From NCBI RefSeq assembly GCF_006345805.1, contig NC_043009.1:53258001-53322000 (forward strand): DNA of 64,000 nucleotides. Reading direction: 5' to 3'. Source of the DNA: Octopus sinensis (Eukaryota). The notes beneath the pieces are model-generated. The model saw only the letters and a list, made by a program, of their open reading frames with translations, did not search any database and had not been told where the DNA came from. The translations under genes and the position numbers were made by a program. This document shows positions 39,898 through 54,350 of this stretch, in pieces (the first letter of the stretch is position 1; each line of letters opens with the position of its first letter).

Positions 39898-41270
39898 AGA
39901 TAGACTCCTCTATTTATTCTAAAATAGTTCTGAACACATGAATAAACTCAATCACATATCCATAATATTTTAGTTAAACTCTTTCTCTCTTTCTCTCTCA
40001 TTTTATCTATCTCTCTATCTCTCTATCTATCTACCTATCTCTCTCTATGCTCCACACATACACTCGCACATTCACGCACATTCTATGCTCCACACATACA
40101 CACACACTCACACACATTTATGTAATGATAAAGAGAGAGAAAATAATGGAATGTGAATAGAAAGACAGCGAGCAACAGAGAAAAACAAATAGATATTTTT
40201 TTTATGAAATACTCCACAATGAATATAATATAAATATACATGTATCAGGGTACATAGTAAAAAATTTACACGGATTTTATTTCAGTTTAAAAATTTGAAT
40301 ATATTCAAACACAAGACAGATTTAAGAAATATATAAACGCATATGCAAATATAAATATATTTTATATATAGAGATAAGTGTACGCAACGTAGTTTTCCTT
40401 CGTGTGTCTATGTGTGTGTGGTGTGTGTGTGTGTGTGTGTGTGTGTTCACTTGAGATTTTCCAAGGCTATTAGTGTGTATGAACGCAGATCTCACACAAC
40501 AAATAATAAAGAACATACGCACGCACACACACACACGCACAAAACACCTCCACACATACACACAGTCGTTCATACCCCCCACATGCACATATGTACACAC
40601 ACACACATATATATATACATATATCATAACAATACTAAGTGTAGTAAGCGCAAGAAATGTAATTCACAGAGAAAGTTGTGAATACAATTAAAGGTTGTAG
40701 TCCAGTTAATCCTCACATCTGTTTCGAATAATCGATGACTAATACCGGTGTCAGCAGGTTGGTAACCCTCATTCAACGCGTATCACACATAATACGAAGA
40801 ATAGGAGACGTCATATCCTATTGTTGGCACCTCCGCTCTCCTTTCATGTTAAATCTTTCCGAAATACTTCTTTCAAACTGCATATTTACGCATAAACACC
40901 ATCCCGTTTTTAAAAGATCGCTCTTTTCTACTACGCCTAATTTTGGATCTCTAAGTTAGTTTCACTTCGAGACGACGGAAGTTAGGACATCTACTACGGA
41001 ACACTGATAACTTCCGTCGCAAAATTCTCTGTAATTATGATTGTAATAAAGTTCTTCACAATCACTTCCGTAGAATGGACAATGGTGTAGATGTTGCCGA
41101 TATAACTTCTAATACTATCAACAACTCCAGCAACCATAGGGAAATCCATAGGGAATCAATACCACCAGTAATTATAGGGGCAAAAATAACCTTACACTGA
41201 CTACTGCTTGGTGGGTATAACACACTTCCTATTTTAAGATTCAATAGCCCATTCTCTAAGTGTGTCGTAT

Positions 41271-41302
<32 letters not shown>

Positions 41303-41409
41303 ATAGATATAATATATATATATACATATATATATAATAGATAAGTATATATATATATTGTATGTATGTATATATGTATGTATATATATATGTATATATA
41401 TATATGTAT

Positions 41410-41443
<34 letters not shown>

Positions 41444-41529
41444 ATTACTCTTTTACTCTTTTACTTGTTTCAGCCATCCGGCTGAGGCCATGCTGGGGCA
41501 CCGCCCTTGTTGCTACCCTCTCTAAGTCC

Positions 41530-44480
41530 AGTTTGCCATGGCTGGCCACTGATCTAAGAGAGAGTTTGTAGCTGCTGCCCTTAGGTTACCTTCGTACCTT
41601 GCAGTGGGTTCATCTGGGATCCCGGAAAGCAGCTTGTCTAGATGTTTTTTGAAAATGTCCACATCCGCATCATGTAGATCTCTTAGTTTTCTTGGCAGTT
41701 TGTTGAACAGCTGAGGGCCCTGAACCCCAGGCTATTACAGTATCTGCTCCTTACCTGGATGTGGAAGACGGGACCTTTGGCACACACAGTGACGACCTGT
41801 ACGGGGATTGGAACAGCTCTCAATTCAAAATTTGGTGCTAGTCCCTCCAGGATTTTCCATATGTAATCACTGCATATCTCTCTCGTCTTCGTTCCAAGGA
41901 GTACAAATTGAGTTCCCTAAGCCTCTCCCAATAGTTCTTTTCTTTCATGGTGGAAATCCTCTTGGTGAAATGTCTTTGGATTGTCTCAAGCTCTGTGGTT
42001 AGTTTGACACTATGCGGTGACCACAGTTGGGAGCAGTAGTCTAGGCGGCTTAGGACCAAATGTCCTCCATAGTGTCAACATGGTCTCGCAGTCTCTTGTC
42101 CGGAATGTCCTCAGGATCCAGCCAGTGAGTCGTCTGCACATTGTCGCCACCTTCGCGATGTGTGAAGAAAAAGATGCATCGTCACTCATGTCTATCCCAG
42201 GTCCCGTATTGATTTCGATACTGGGATTTCGATCCCTCCTGGACCAGTATAGTTGTGTTGTAATGTATATGTGTTTACAGCTTGATATTGTAAGGCTTGA
42301 AATTTACCAGCATTAAATTGCATGTTGTTGTCTTCAGCCCATTTGTATATGGCATCAGATCTTGTTGTAAAAGGTCAGCATCAGCTGGGTTTTTGATTGC
42401 CTGTGCTACCTTTGTGTCATCAGCATAGCTAGTGAGGGATGTTGTTTGTGCTACCAAGGGCATGTCAGAGAGCGCCACCAAAAACAGCAAGGGTCCCAAG
42501 ACTGTGCCCTGTGGCACCCCGCTTGCTATTGGTGTCTTTCCCGAGAGGGCTCCATTGGCTAAACCATCTGGCTTCTGTCCTTCAGGAAGTCATGTATCCA
42601 CTCACCTACTTTGCGTTATGCCGAGTCTGAGTAATTTGTGACATATCACTCCGTGGTCGACTTTGTCAAAGGCCTTCGCAAAGTCGAGATATACCACATC
42701 CACCTGTGAGCGATCCAGTAGTTGTTTCAGTACCCAGTCGTAGTGTTGTAACAGCTGCGTAAGGCAGCTTCTTCCTGGGCGAAAGCCATGCTGTGTGTCA
42801 GTGAGACGGTTAGTTTCTTCTAGGAACGTGATCAGTTTTTTTCTGATGATTCGTTCCATGACCTTACTTATGTGTGACGTCAGGGAGACTGGCCTGTAGT
42901 TTTTGGCCTCTGCTCTACTCCCTCCTTTGTGGATAGGGCATATGGTGCCTTCTTTAAGCGCTCTGGGCAGTTTACCGTTAGCCAAGGAACCACTGAAGAG
43001 CATCTTCAGTGGTCCCGCTAGGGCATGCCTGCATGTTTTTAGGAGGACTGCTGGGAATCCATCTGGTCCAGCAGCTGAGTTTATTCTCATTTCTTCTATG
43101 GCAGATATTACATCCCTCTCTGTTATGTCTATGTGGTCGATGGTTGTTGTTTGGTTTTGGAGTGTTGTGGCATCAAAGAAAACTTCTGGGTTTGTGATTT
43201 GCATGTGCCCCAGAGGGGATGTGAACACACTTTTATACTGTTCCTTTAGTATTTCACTTATCCCTTGGGGGTCCTCAGTTAGAGAGCCCTTTTTATCAAA
43301 GAGGGGCCAATCTTGCAGTGTACCGAGGTGGTTTCTTTCGCAAATTTAAAGAAAGCTTTAGGGTTTGTTTTAATATTCTCTATGGCCCTGGCTTCTCTCT
43401 CTGCCCTCTCCTTCTCATAGGAAAGTTTGAGTGCAGTTTCCGTTTCAAAAAGTTTCAGGTGGAGTCCCTTATTGTTTCTCTGCCGTGCATTCAGTTGCTT
43501 CGAGAGCTTAGCTCTTCGCCTCATAAGTATTTTCCTGTCTCTGGGAATAACGTTCCTATGCCCGCTGGCTTTTTTCTCCGGGACAAACTTATGGCATATG
43601 TTCTGTATTGTTGTCATGAAATGTTGGAAATATGTGTTGGTCTCTTGTGTGGTGATGAAGCCACTCCAGTCATGTTTTCGGATCTCTTCGTTGATCTTCT
43701 TCCAGTTTGCCTTATGGAAGTTTAGACTGGATAGGCCTGTGGTATTTTCTAATGGCTGCGTCTCAACTAACTCTCTCATACCATATATCATTACCTCTAC
43801 TAAGTTGTGATCTGAGAGAATTGTAGGTGTTACCATTATGTTGTGGATGAGCATCGGGGTGCTTGTGAAACAGAGGTCCAAGACATTCTCACCTCTTGTT
43901 GGCCGAAGCACTGCTTGTTCATGAAAAACTGCGTGCGTGTGAGAGCCAACAAGGACTCTGTCTGTCTCTGTTCAAGTGATGTCATTCCAGGGAGGAGATG
44001 GCCATCTGGCCATTTGACTTTCGGAAGGTTAAAATCTCCCAGCAGTAGAATGGTGTTACCCTGGTCCAGTTTGTCCAGGACTTCTTCTATTCTTCTGAGG
44101 CTATCTTCAAACACTCCTTCATGACTAGGGGTGTCTGGTGGCCGATATGTGACACATATTACTATTTTGGTTGTTTCATGTGTACTATCAGTGTGTCACA
44201 GACTGAGTTTGAGTGTGTCAACAGTACTATGGGTGTGACATCTTCACGGACGTACAGGGCAACCCCACCATGAGTTCTTTCCTCCTGTCTGACCGAAAAA
44301 CAGTATACTTTGGTACGTGTATTTCTGCATCTGCTATACTGCTTGACAGGTGCGTTTCAGTCAGCGCTATGCATATTGCATGGTTGCTTGTGCTTAAGTC
44401 CCTAAGGTAAGGAATTTTACTCATATTAGTGGGTTTCACCAGACCTCTGACATTCAGCAGAGCACTGGTGAGATATTTGG
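41530..44480 (-). mobile_element. CR1/L2-group LINE, near full-length ORF2 (APE endonuclease plus reverse transcriptase), frameshifted
   Basis: LLNVRGL, IALTETHL, VFRSDR, LLLGDFNLP and LDLCFTS (APE). GPDGFP, NYRPVSLTSHISKVMERII, QHGFRPGRSCLTQLL, VYLDFAKAFDKVDH, GVPQGTVLGPLLFL, YADDTK and SRLDYCSQLWSP (RT). C-terminal IPDEP...NSLLDQ. Confidence 0.93.
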
Positions 44481-45336
44481 GGTGTCAATAAAGGCTGTCG
44501 GTGTGGCACCTGATATATATATATAGTGTATATATATATATGTATGTATGTATATATGTATGTATATATATATGTATATATATATATGTATATATATATA
44601 TGTATATGTATATTATATATATATATATATATATAATATATATATGTATATATATATATGTATATATATATGTATATATATATATGTATATATATATATG
44701 TATATATATATATGTATATATATATAAATATATATATAATATATTTAAATAATGAGGGAGATAAATTGAATATTAATTTAATTAATATCAATTTAAAACC
44801 AGTAGCCTAGCATATAAAAAATCTGAAAAATTAGAAAAAATGTCATTACATGTGTGTATGTGTGTGTATATATATTATGGATCAAAACAGTTTGATTTAG
44901 ATTCGTTGGTACTCTTGAGTTTCAATCGTGGTGCTAATCGTCAGCCATTTTGCATTTGGAAAAAATATATATACATATACTCTTTTACTCTGTTATTTGT
45001 TTCAGTCATTTGACTGCGGCCATTCTAGAGCACCGCCATTACTAGAACAAGTCGACCCCCACAACTTATTCTTTGTAAGTCTAGTACTTATTCTATCGGT
45101 TGTCAAACGATGATGGGGGCACAAACACAGACACACAAACATATACATACACACTTGTATGTATATGTCTATGCGCATATGAGCAAGTGCTACATGTGTA
45201 TGGACATGATTGAAGGTGTGTGCATGTGAGTGTGTGCATATTACTCTGCGTGGTAAAATCCAAATTGTACCAGCCAATACATATATATAAAGTTCCTTCC
45301 TAACTTGAATGGTATTAGTATCAAGTAGGAAGGCAT

Positions 45337-45382
<46 letters not shown>

Positions 45383-45386
45383 ATCC

Positions 45387-45453
<67 letters not shown>

Positions 45454-45477
45454 ATGTATATTATATATTTGTATATA

Positions 45478-45520
<43 letters not shown>

Positions 45521-45927
45521 ATGATTCCTATGTCCTAATAATAAAAATTAATGACATAACTGTCATTTTCTTTATTGGTCTGGTGGCCTGCCGTAGTAAA
45601 ATATGGAAAGACCATCTGTATAGTTGTCGTCTTCATTGTCTAGAGAAGTACCAATATGGTAACAAAAACTTAAGTAACTCAGTAAAATCTCTAATGAAGC
45701 AAATAAATATAACAATTGGGTCTCCCTTGATGAATAATATATCTTTAACATTAGAAACAACTAACTTTAACGAAGACCATTGATTTCATTTTTATGATGA
45801 AAATAGCACCCGAGGCGCTAATTAAAATTATTATTTAGCTGAGTTTACTTTAGAATTTACTCACTTAACAGGGTGGTGCAGGTGGAACAAGACGCGACAG
45901 AGTAATGGATAAATTATCCCATGGTAT

Positions 45928-46439
<512 letters not shown>

Positions 46440-48032
46440 CATACACAACTGGCTATACATACATACATACATACATACATACATAATACATACATACAGA
46501 CACACATACATACATACATACATACATACATACATACATACATACATACATACATACATACATACATTGTATATATACAGCATATACAGTATATACTTGA
46601 GTAATAGTCGATCTCATAAAAGTCCCTATTTTGGGCTCCAAAATTGTGAATTTACTATAGACCCCCATAAAAGTCGACCTTAGTATTTCACGAACAATAG
46701 GACACTATTTGTGGATCAAGGTATCGTATTATTCTCCACGTAGAAATAACACTGTTACAAACTTGTGCGACTACTTTACTGTAGCCTGCTTTATAGGTGG
46801 AATGCTTGGTGATTATAATGGAATGCTCCTTGCGTATAGTAAAATGCAATTTAATAGCGAACACTATGCATATGTTGATGGGTGCTACATAGACATTAAT
46901 ATAATGTATACACAGGATATGCTGCAAGCTTGCATACAACTTCAAGCTCGATAAAAATATGCGTCATACACTCCTTGTTTACATGATAAGAAACGTGTTT
47001 CACAGACAGCACTCTTGGCGAACACTGACAAACGCCACTGTGCGAATTCGTACAAATGCATGACTTTGGTGAGCCTAAAATCATTCAGTTAATCGCTAGA
47101 CTTTTATACTTTCCTCATCCCCAAATACAATAAACCCATGCATCTCGTCTGTTTATATGGTGATGATCGTGTTTCGCAGATAATACTATCGGTGAACAGC
47201 CACAAACAACACTGTATGAATTCGTACAGATGCATGACTTCGGTAAGCCTAACGACAATTAGTTAATCGCTAGATCAGTGGTTCACAAACTTTATTTTGC
47301 CGTGGTAGGTGAGCTGGCTGAATTGTTAGCATGCAGGGAAAAATACTTCGCGGCATTTCGTACGCATTTCGTTCTGAGTTCAAATTCTGCCGTGGTCATC
47401 TTTGCCTTTCATCCTTTCATCCAAGAGTCAATAAAATCAGTACCCGTTGAGCACTGGGATCGATGAAATTGACTGAGCCCTAACCTAAATGTTGCTGGCC
47501 TTGTGCCAAAATTTGAAACCAATATTAATTTCACAACTCCAGTTGCTATATCACCCATGCAACTACACTCTCCTGACAGTTAACCATGAATTTACAACAC
47601 AGAAAATAGCAGTACGCTGCACTTCTAAAGAGAACTAAATAATAACATAAACATTATACTATGCAGAATTTTTCTGAATAATTAACCTATTTAAGGTGAA
47701 AACAATACTATATAAATAGAGACAACTATAGGTTGTGTTCACTCAGTGAAACAAATTGTTTATTAATAATATCTGAATAAAAATACATACAGGCAGACAC
47801 ACATGAATACGTATTGTTTCGTTGCCAAGGACCAGCTTTCAGTTCACGCGTCCAAAGTTTGACATAATATAACAAATATCAAATACCTAAGTAAAGTTAA
47901 CAATCTTTGTGTTTTTTGAATGGCTAACATGCGTCTTCAGTAATCTTTGTTCCAACTCAGATGAAGTCACTTACTTGGGAAGCACACCCACATACTTATA
48001 TACATACATACATACATACATACATACATACA

Positions 48033-48064
<32 letters not shown>

Positions 48065-48143
48065 GATGGTGTTGTGGATTTCCACTTCGGCATCTGAAAC
48101 TCAGAGTTTTATCTTGACTACCGAGTAATGTAACATATTGTAT

Positions 48144-48176
<33 letters not shown>

Positions 48177-48275
48177 CAATACAGATAAAGGGTGAAAAAT
48201 AATTAATTTAATAAAATCAACAAATTTCACCAAGTAGTATTTCGGTATGTAAAATGACCATATTCGGTAAACGTT

Positions 48276-48667
48276 TATATAATTATAACAATGAGGGTCT
48301 TTGCAACAAGTTGCTTAGACCACATACCGAAAGTATTAGAAATAGCAGCCAGAGGACTGCTATTTCCTTTTATTACAAAAATATGTCTCCACAGACAACA
48401 GTATTTGTAACTCATTATGTGGCAAAAAAAGAAGAAAAATAACGAAATCAAACAGTCCACGGTCAATTATGGACTCACGTTTCTGGATTAGAATCAAAGA
48501 TTCATTTCTTCTTTATTTTTGCCACATAATGAGTTACAAATACTGTTGTCTGTGGAGACATATTTTTGTAGTAAAAGGAAATAGCAGTCCTCTGGCTGCT
48601 ATTTCTAATACTCTCGGTATGTGGTCTAGCAACTTGTTGCAAAGACCCTCATTGTTATAATTATATA
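48276..48667. repeat. Inverted repeat, about 165-bp arms and about 60-bp spacer, between two (TA)n tracts
   Basis: tatataattataacaatgagggtctttgcaacaag...gtggcaaaaa is the reverse complement of tttttgccac...ctcattgttataattatata. It shares ATTAGAAATAGCAGCC and AATTTCACCAAGTA with the 558-bp unit. Confidence 0.9.
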
Positions 48668-48911
48668 TATATATATATATATATGAATTTTTTGCATAAT
48701 ATGATAAAAAAACCAAGGCTGTATAGATATTAGAGCATTTATAGATAGAAGGTCTTACAGTTATTTTTAAGATATTAATTAATAATATCCCTTCATCGGA
48801 GACGATGTGGGAGGAAAAATTAAGTCATAGTTAGTTTCGGTCTGCGGTCTATCTATAGCACTTATTCAGCATTACCTGACATTTTTTGGGTCTCAATGAC
48901 ACCATTATCTC

Positions 48912-48990
<79 letters not shown>

Positions 48991-49485
48991 GGTAGGTAGG
49001 TAGATAGATAGATAGATAGATACATGCATACGTACATACAAACATACATACATTCATACATACACACATACACACACACATACATACATACATATATACA
49101 TATATACATACATACATACACACGCATACACAGATACATACATACATACATACATGCATACATACATACATACATACATACATACATACATACATACATA
49201 CATACATACATACATAAATAGATACATATATTCTACGTCTAAGTTATACCGACTTCTATATTGAAATATCTTCTTGATCGTTTATCAGGATGATCATTCA
49301 AAACCACGCCCACAAACAAGCACTCATATATTATACATCTTATCGTATTGTTACTTATAATCTCAAACCGGAGGGAATGACATTGAAGGAGGGAGAGAAA
49401 GTGAAAGAATCACAGAAGAGGCAGTTATAGAGATAACGAGAAGGATCTGGAATAAAACATTTATAGACTCATAAGTATGTATGTA

Positions 49486-49533
<48 letters not shown>

Positions 49534-50064
49534 CATACATACATAAATACATATATACATACATACAGGTATGTATATATATATATGTGTGTGTGTGTGT
49601 CTGTATATGTGTGTGAGTATATATATGTATATATATGTATATATGTATATATATGTATATATATATACACATACATACATAAATACATATATACATACAT
49701 ACATATATATATATACACATACATACATATGAAGAGAAAGAGAGCGGTAGTCGAATTTAGAGAATAGCAGATAATATCTAATAATGTAAGTTTTATGTTG
49801 CTTTGCTCATAGTTTTCCCGCCAAAAGGCTATCAGACAAAATGGTGACCGATATACAATTTAACTGTAGATAAGGAGGTACAAATAGAATAATTTGCTAT
49901 TTATCTACGTGTTTCACGAAATAGCCTTGTTTATGGTCAATATAAACACCTACTCTGTTATTACTATTGATATCTTTATTATCATCACTATTGTTAATGT
50001 AGCTCATTTTGATACTGTTGTTACTTTTGATATTATTATGGCTTCAACTGTGAATTATAATGTA

Positions 50065-50149
<85 letters not shown>

Positions 50150-50165
50150 CCTATCTGCCTGTCTG

Positions 50166-50222
<57 letters not shown>

Positions 50223-50223
50223 G

Positions 50224-50312
<89 letters not shown>

Positions 50313-50953
50313 CCTAATGTATTTGAGTGTGTGCGTGTATGTTTGCATATGTATATAATCTATCGGTCATTTTATTTATCTTAATGCAAATCAGTCCATC
50401 TCTGTAAAATATACATCCATCCATTTCAATTTACGCAATACATGTATATACGTATATATTCTTGTATGACTTAATGCAGTTGTGAATGTTGTTTGTGTAT
50501 GTAAGTATATATGGCTATATAAAAACTACCTGCTGGTCAATATATCTGAACATTTAATCATCCAATCTTTGAATCAATAACTCAATATATCAGCTTATTT
50601 AACAACAACTATTTATATAAGTAATTAGTAATGTTGAATGCCAGCAAACTAACAGGATAGTGTGGTTGTTTACTTTCGTAAACTTAGTTTTGAGGTTCGG
50701 TATCTTTGCGTGGCAGGTTTGGAAAGGTCTTCTACTATAACCTCAAGTTCAAAAATATCCTTGATTTGCCCGAGACTATAGTATCATATATATATATATA
50801 TACAAACTTTTTTAAAAACCTTTTATAAAACTGTGCATCATTAGAGAACTTTTGAAGTCTGCTTACAATCTAACTTTGCTTTTTATAGAACTCTCTTCGA
50901 TACTTCATGAGTGTAGCCTCACCCCCTAGGATGTTTGGAAAACTCATATGTGT

Positions 50954-51042
50954 TTTGGCTGATGAATACGGGACACTTGTATTTGCTGCAATATTTGCAG
51001 CTTTTAATAAAGCTGTTCTTCGTATGAAACAATTGTACTGAA
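50954..51042 (+). ncRNA. Type I hammerhead ribozyme, family H2 (long branched stem II)
   Basis: TTTGG CTGATGA ATACG...(GCTGCAA tat TTGCAGC)...CGTAT GAA ACAATTGT A / CTGAA. Perfect core, 5-bp stem II base, palindromic stem III, GUA triplet, and stem I with two G.U pairs. Confidence 0.72.
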
Positions 51043-51185
51043 CAACTAATCCATTCTTGTTGCTTTTTTCTTGTATATATATACATATATATAATCTTTT
51101 CTATACTTGGAAACCAATAGCCGTCGTTGCTTTGTCAAACACAAAAGTGTGGCTTAATTTAGCATAAATCAGCTCATTATATATA

Positions 51186-51270
<85 letters not shown>

Positions 51271-51779
51271 CCAGTAATGGGAAGTTTCTTTCAAAGGAAA
51301 CCCGTCCAGATTCGATACATTGTTATATTTACAGGCTCGATTCTGCTTCATTTAGGCATGCTTAAAGAAAAAAAATCATGCGAATTCTTTTGCCCTCCCT
51401 GTCCTATGCTTCTATAACTATAATTTCTCTCCAGGCTATCTGTAAACTCAATGCCTGTACAATGTTGAGAATTTTCTCTGTTTTACATTGTGTGTGTCAT
51501 TATGTTTACGCGCGTAGGTTCAATGTGCGCGGGACGTAGTCTTTTAATGTACGGATTTCAGTAAGTATCAGAACAGGATGCTTGAGTGAGTGTCAATTAT
51601 TTTCCCGAAATTGGCCGGATAAAGCAACTGTGTTGTCTTTGACAGCGTAACGGTCTAAAAAGCCATGGCCATATTACGCAAATAAATGTTACATAATTTC
51701 AAAATGATTCAGCTCAACCAAGAAGTTTTTATTGCATGACCAACCTCAGAAGTCACTGCAAGCCACTGATATATATATA

Positions 51780-52313
51780 CAGGGTGTCCCCCAAAAATGT
51801 ATACACTTGCTGCAACAGTCTGTCATGCCAAGCATTAGAGAGGACTTTGAACAGGAAGAGTTTTATTTCCAGCAAGATGGGCACCTCCACACTACCATCG
51901 CGATGTTAGATCCTTTCTTGATGGGATCTTGCCAAACAGGTGGATTGGACGGAGAGGTTTTGTCGAATACCCTCCACGTTCACCAGACCTCATAGCACTA
52001 GACTTCTTTTTATGGGGATACCTAAAGGACAAAGTCTACGCACAGAAACCTGCAACAGTCGTTCAATTGAGGGCAACCATTGAACATGAATGTACGAATA
52101 TCCCAATGGAATTGTTCCATGATGTGTGCCATTCCATCGCTTCGCGTTGTCAGTAGTGTCTGGAGCAGAATGGACATCAGTTTGAAAACATGCGATAACA
52201 AGACAATAGAATGATATTTGTAAATTCTTTTACATGTTGAAAATTATTCGAATTATAATAAACCCCAAATTTACAATTATTTAAGGTGTGTATACATTTT
52301 TTGGGACACCCTG
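51780..52313 (+). mobile_element. Internally deleted Tc1/mariner-superfamily element of maT (DD37D)-like type, with both TIRs and TA target duplication
   Basis: TA|CAGGGTGTCCCCCAAAAATGTATACAC ... GTGTATACATTTTTTGGGACACCCTG|TA. The interior encodes [37 protein letters not shown]. Confidence 0.9.
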
Positions 52314-52637
52314 TATATATAAAATGTATGTAGGTATAAATTAGTTGATTTCTGATAAATTAAGCCACACTTTGTGGTTGACAAACCAACGACGGCTATT
52401 GGTTTTCAAGTATAGGAAAGATTTACATATTTTCACAGTTTTGTATATGTAACGACCATAGTAGTTTGTGATTTACATTTAAAAAAATACCCAGGTTTAC
52501 GTATTGCTGCTTTGGTATATATCAACATAGCCACGTTCGCCACGTGTACAAATGTGAATTTATACATTCAAGTAGTGTATATGACTAAGTAGAGACGCTG
52601 CAGGTTCAAGGCAGTTTTTCATTGATTATGATAAACC

Positions 52638-54312
52638 TGTTCACATTCGCTGGACAACTAGTTTATAAATATCTCAAGATATCATTTGTTTTTCCTTTTA
52701 GATCTACAATAACTACACCAGGCCACTTAAATATGCATTTAGCCTAAGTCTTTTTAAAACATAGATGTCAGTAACGTTTATTTAAACTTCAACATTTTGC
52801 ATGGGTATTTAGCTATTATATTGAATCCTGGAACGAAAGGAAGCTGCATAATGGGAAACCGCGTTACGACTTCCTTACACATCTTTTGAAATCTTAAATT
52901 GATCGTATAGATAATAAAATTTTACGATGATAAAATTTCTTGATTTTTATCTGACTCTCTTGCAATGAAAGTGATGTCACATTATTCATTTAAAGCCTTA
53001 AATCAAATTTATGTATGATATTCATGAAAAAAGGTTGCTTACTTACAAACATATTTCCCCTCTCCCATGAATATCATAACACTGGTATGGTTTGTGCAGA
53101 GCCAGTCGAGTTCTTACGTTCTTCAAATATGTATTGGTCTGGTGCAGCAAATGTCACGATACCAGTGGTAGTTATTATGATGCAGGGTTTCTGTGAAATT
53201 ACTTTCTCTGAGAGCTGAATGTTGTTTAGCAAAACAAGACACAAGCCCCAACACTGTCACACTTTCTTAGACAATACGACAAAACATTGAACTAAGAATT
53301 ATGTATAGCTGTATTTTGCTGAACCTTCATTCAACGGAGCGACGATGTATATTTTACTGTATATTTTCGTTTGGGTTAGAATAACTTTGTGGTTAATATC
53401 CTTTTTGCTTTTGTAGGAAACGTCAGTCAAATCTCTTTGTGGTATTTGCCTATCCAATAAATTTTTATCACGAGACAAGATGAAATAGATTTTTCAGATA
53501 ACAATTTTTTTCATTCAGCGATTTCAACTCTTATTTTGAAGCTAATTTTTCAAGAATTTCGAGTATAAAATTACTAATTATAGTATATTTATTGGTAAGA
53601 TAGAGCTTGTGTCTTGTGAATGTATTATGAAATTTACTATTGTGATGATATCACAATATGCGTTGATGCAGTGAAGTTTATTGATGTTTTCTTCTAGATT
53701 CATTATCATCTATACTTCTTACATTGAGTTATTTCATTATTATGTGCTCTACAGGTATCTCTTATGTTTTCTGTCAGACTGATAGCAGAAGTATACAAGC
53801 AATTATTGATTGTCCTGTACGTGTTATCACATATTTATATACGATCTCTAGTTTTATCGTCAAATACCATTTAGCAGAGGCTGAAGTTATTTTTTCTATC
53901 TTCGTCAAAAGGGATCTGTTGTTCAACGATAGCAAAGGAAAAGTGAAAAATATGCTTCCATACCAAGCATTTAATTTGTTTTTAACCTTTATATGTTCTT
54001 CAGTCATCTCTGCCGTATCATTTTCACATAGAAATGCATGAGATCTGAAAGATGATCGAAGCAGTTTGTTTCCGTTTTTATCACGTTATCTTCTATGACA
54101 AGGTTTGACTGTTTTATTTCCTTCTATGTTGTCATATAATCGACCAATATAAAAACAGCTACAATAATAACTTGTGGCACATTTCTCAGGCAACGAAAAT
54201 TCCTGCTGTCGACGTTTCGATGGTTAAGACTGGGTAAACAAAGTCTCAGTAACCGACAAGACATCCCCTTAGTTTTCATAGTAACCAATAGCAACCTGAG
54301 TTATATAACGAG

Positions 54313-54350
<38 letters not shown>

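Noticed and set aside
40973-41019. 12-bp perfect inverted repeat within a non-repetitive 550-bp island (40700-41260)
   Set aside because: It is short, with no TSD, ORF homology or splice signals that I can support.
47018-47275. Diverged 83-bp direct repeat pair (about 47018 and 47192)
   Set aside because: It is a small old local duplication with no further structure.
54207-54258. GGTTA/TAACC hairpin followed by GAAACGTC/GACA (minus strand)
   Set aside because: The CUGANGA core is absent, so it is at best a remnant and not called as a ribozyme.
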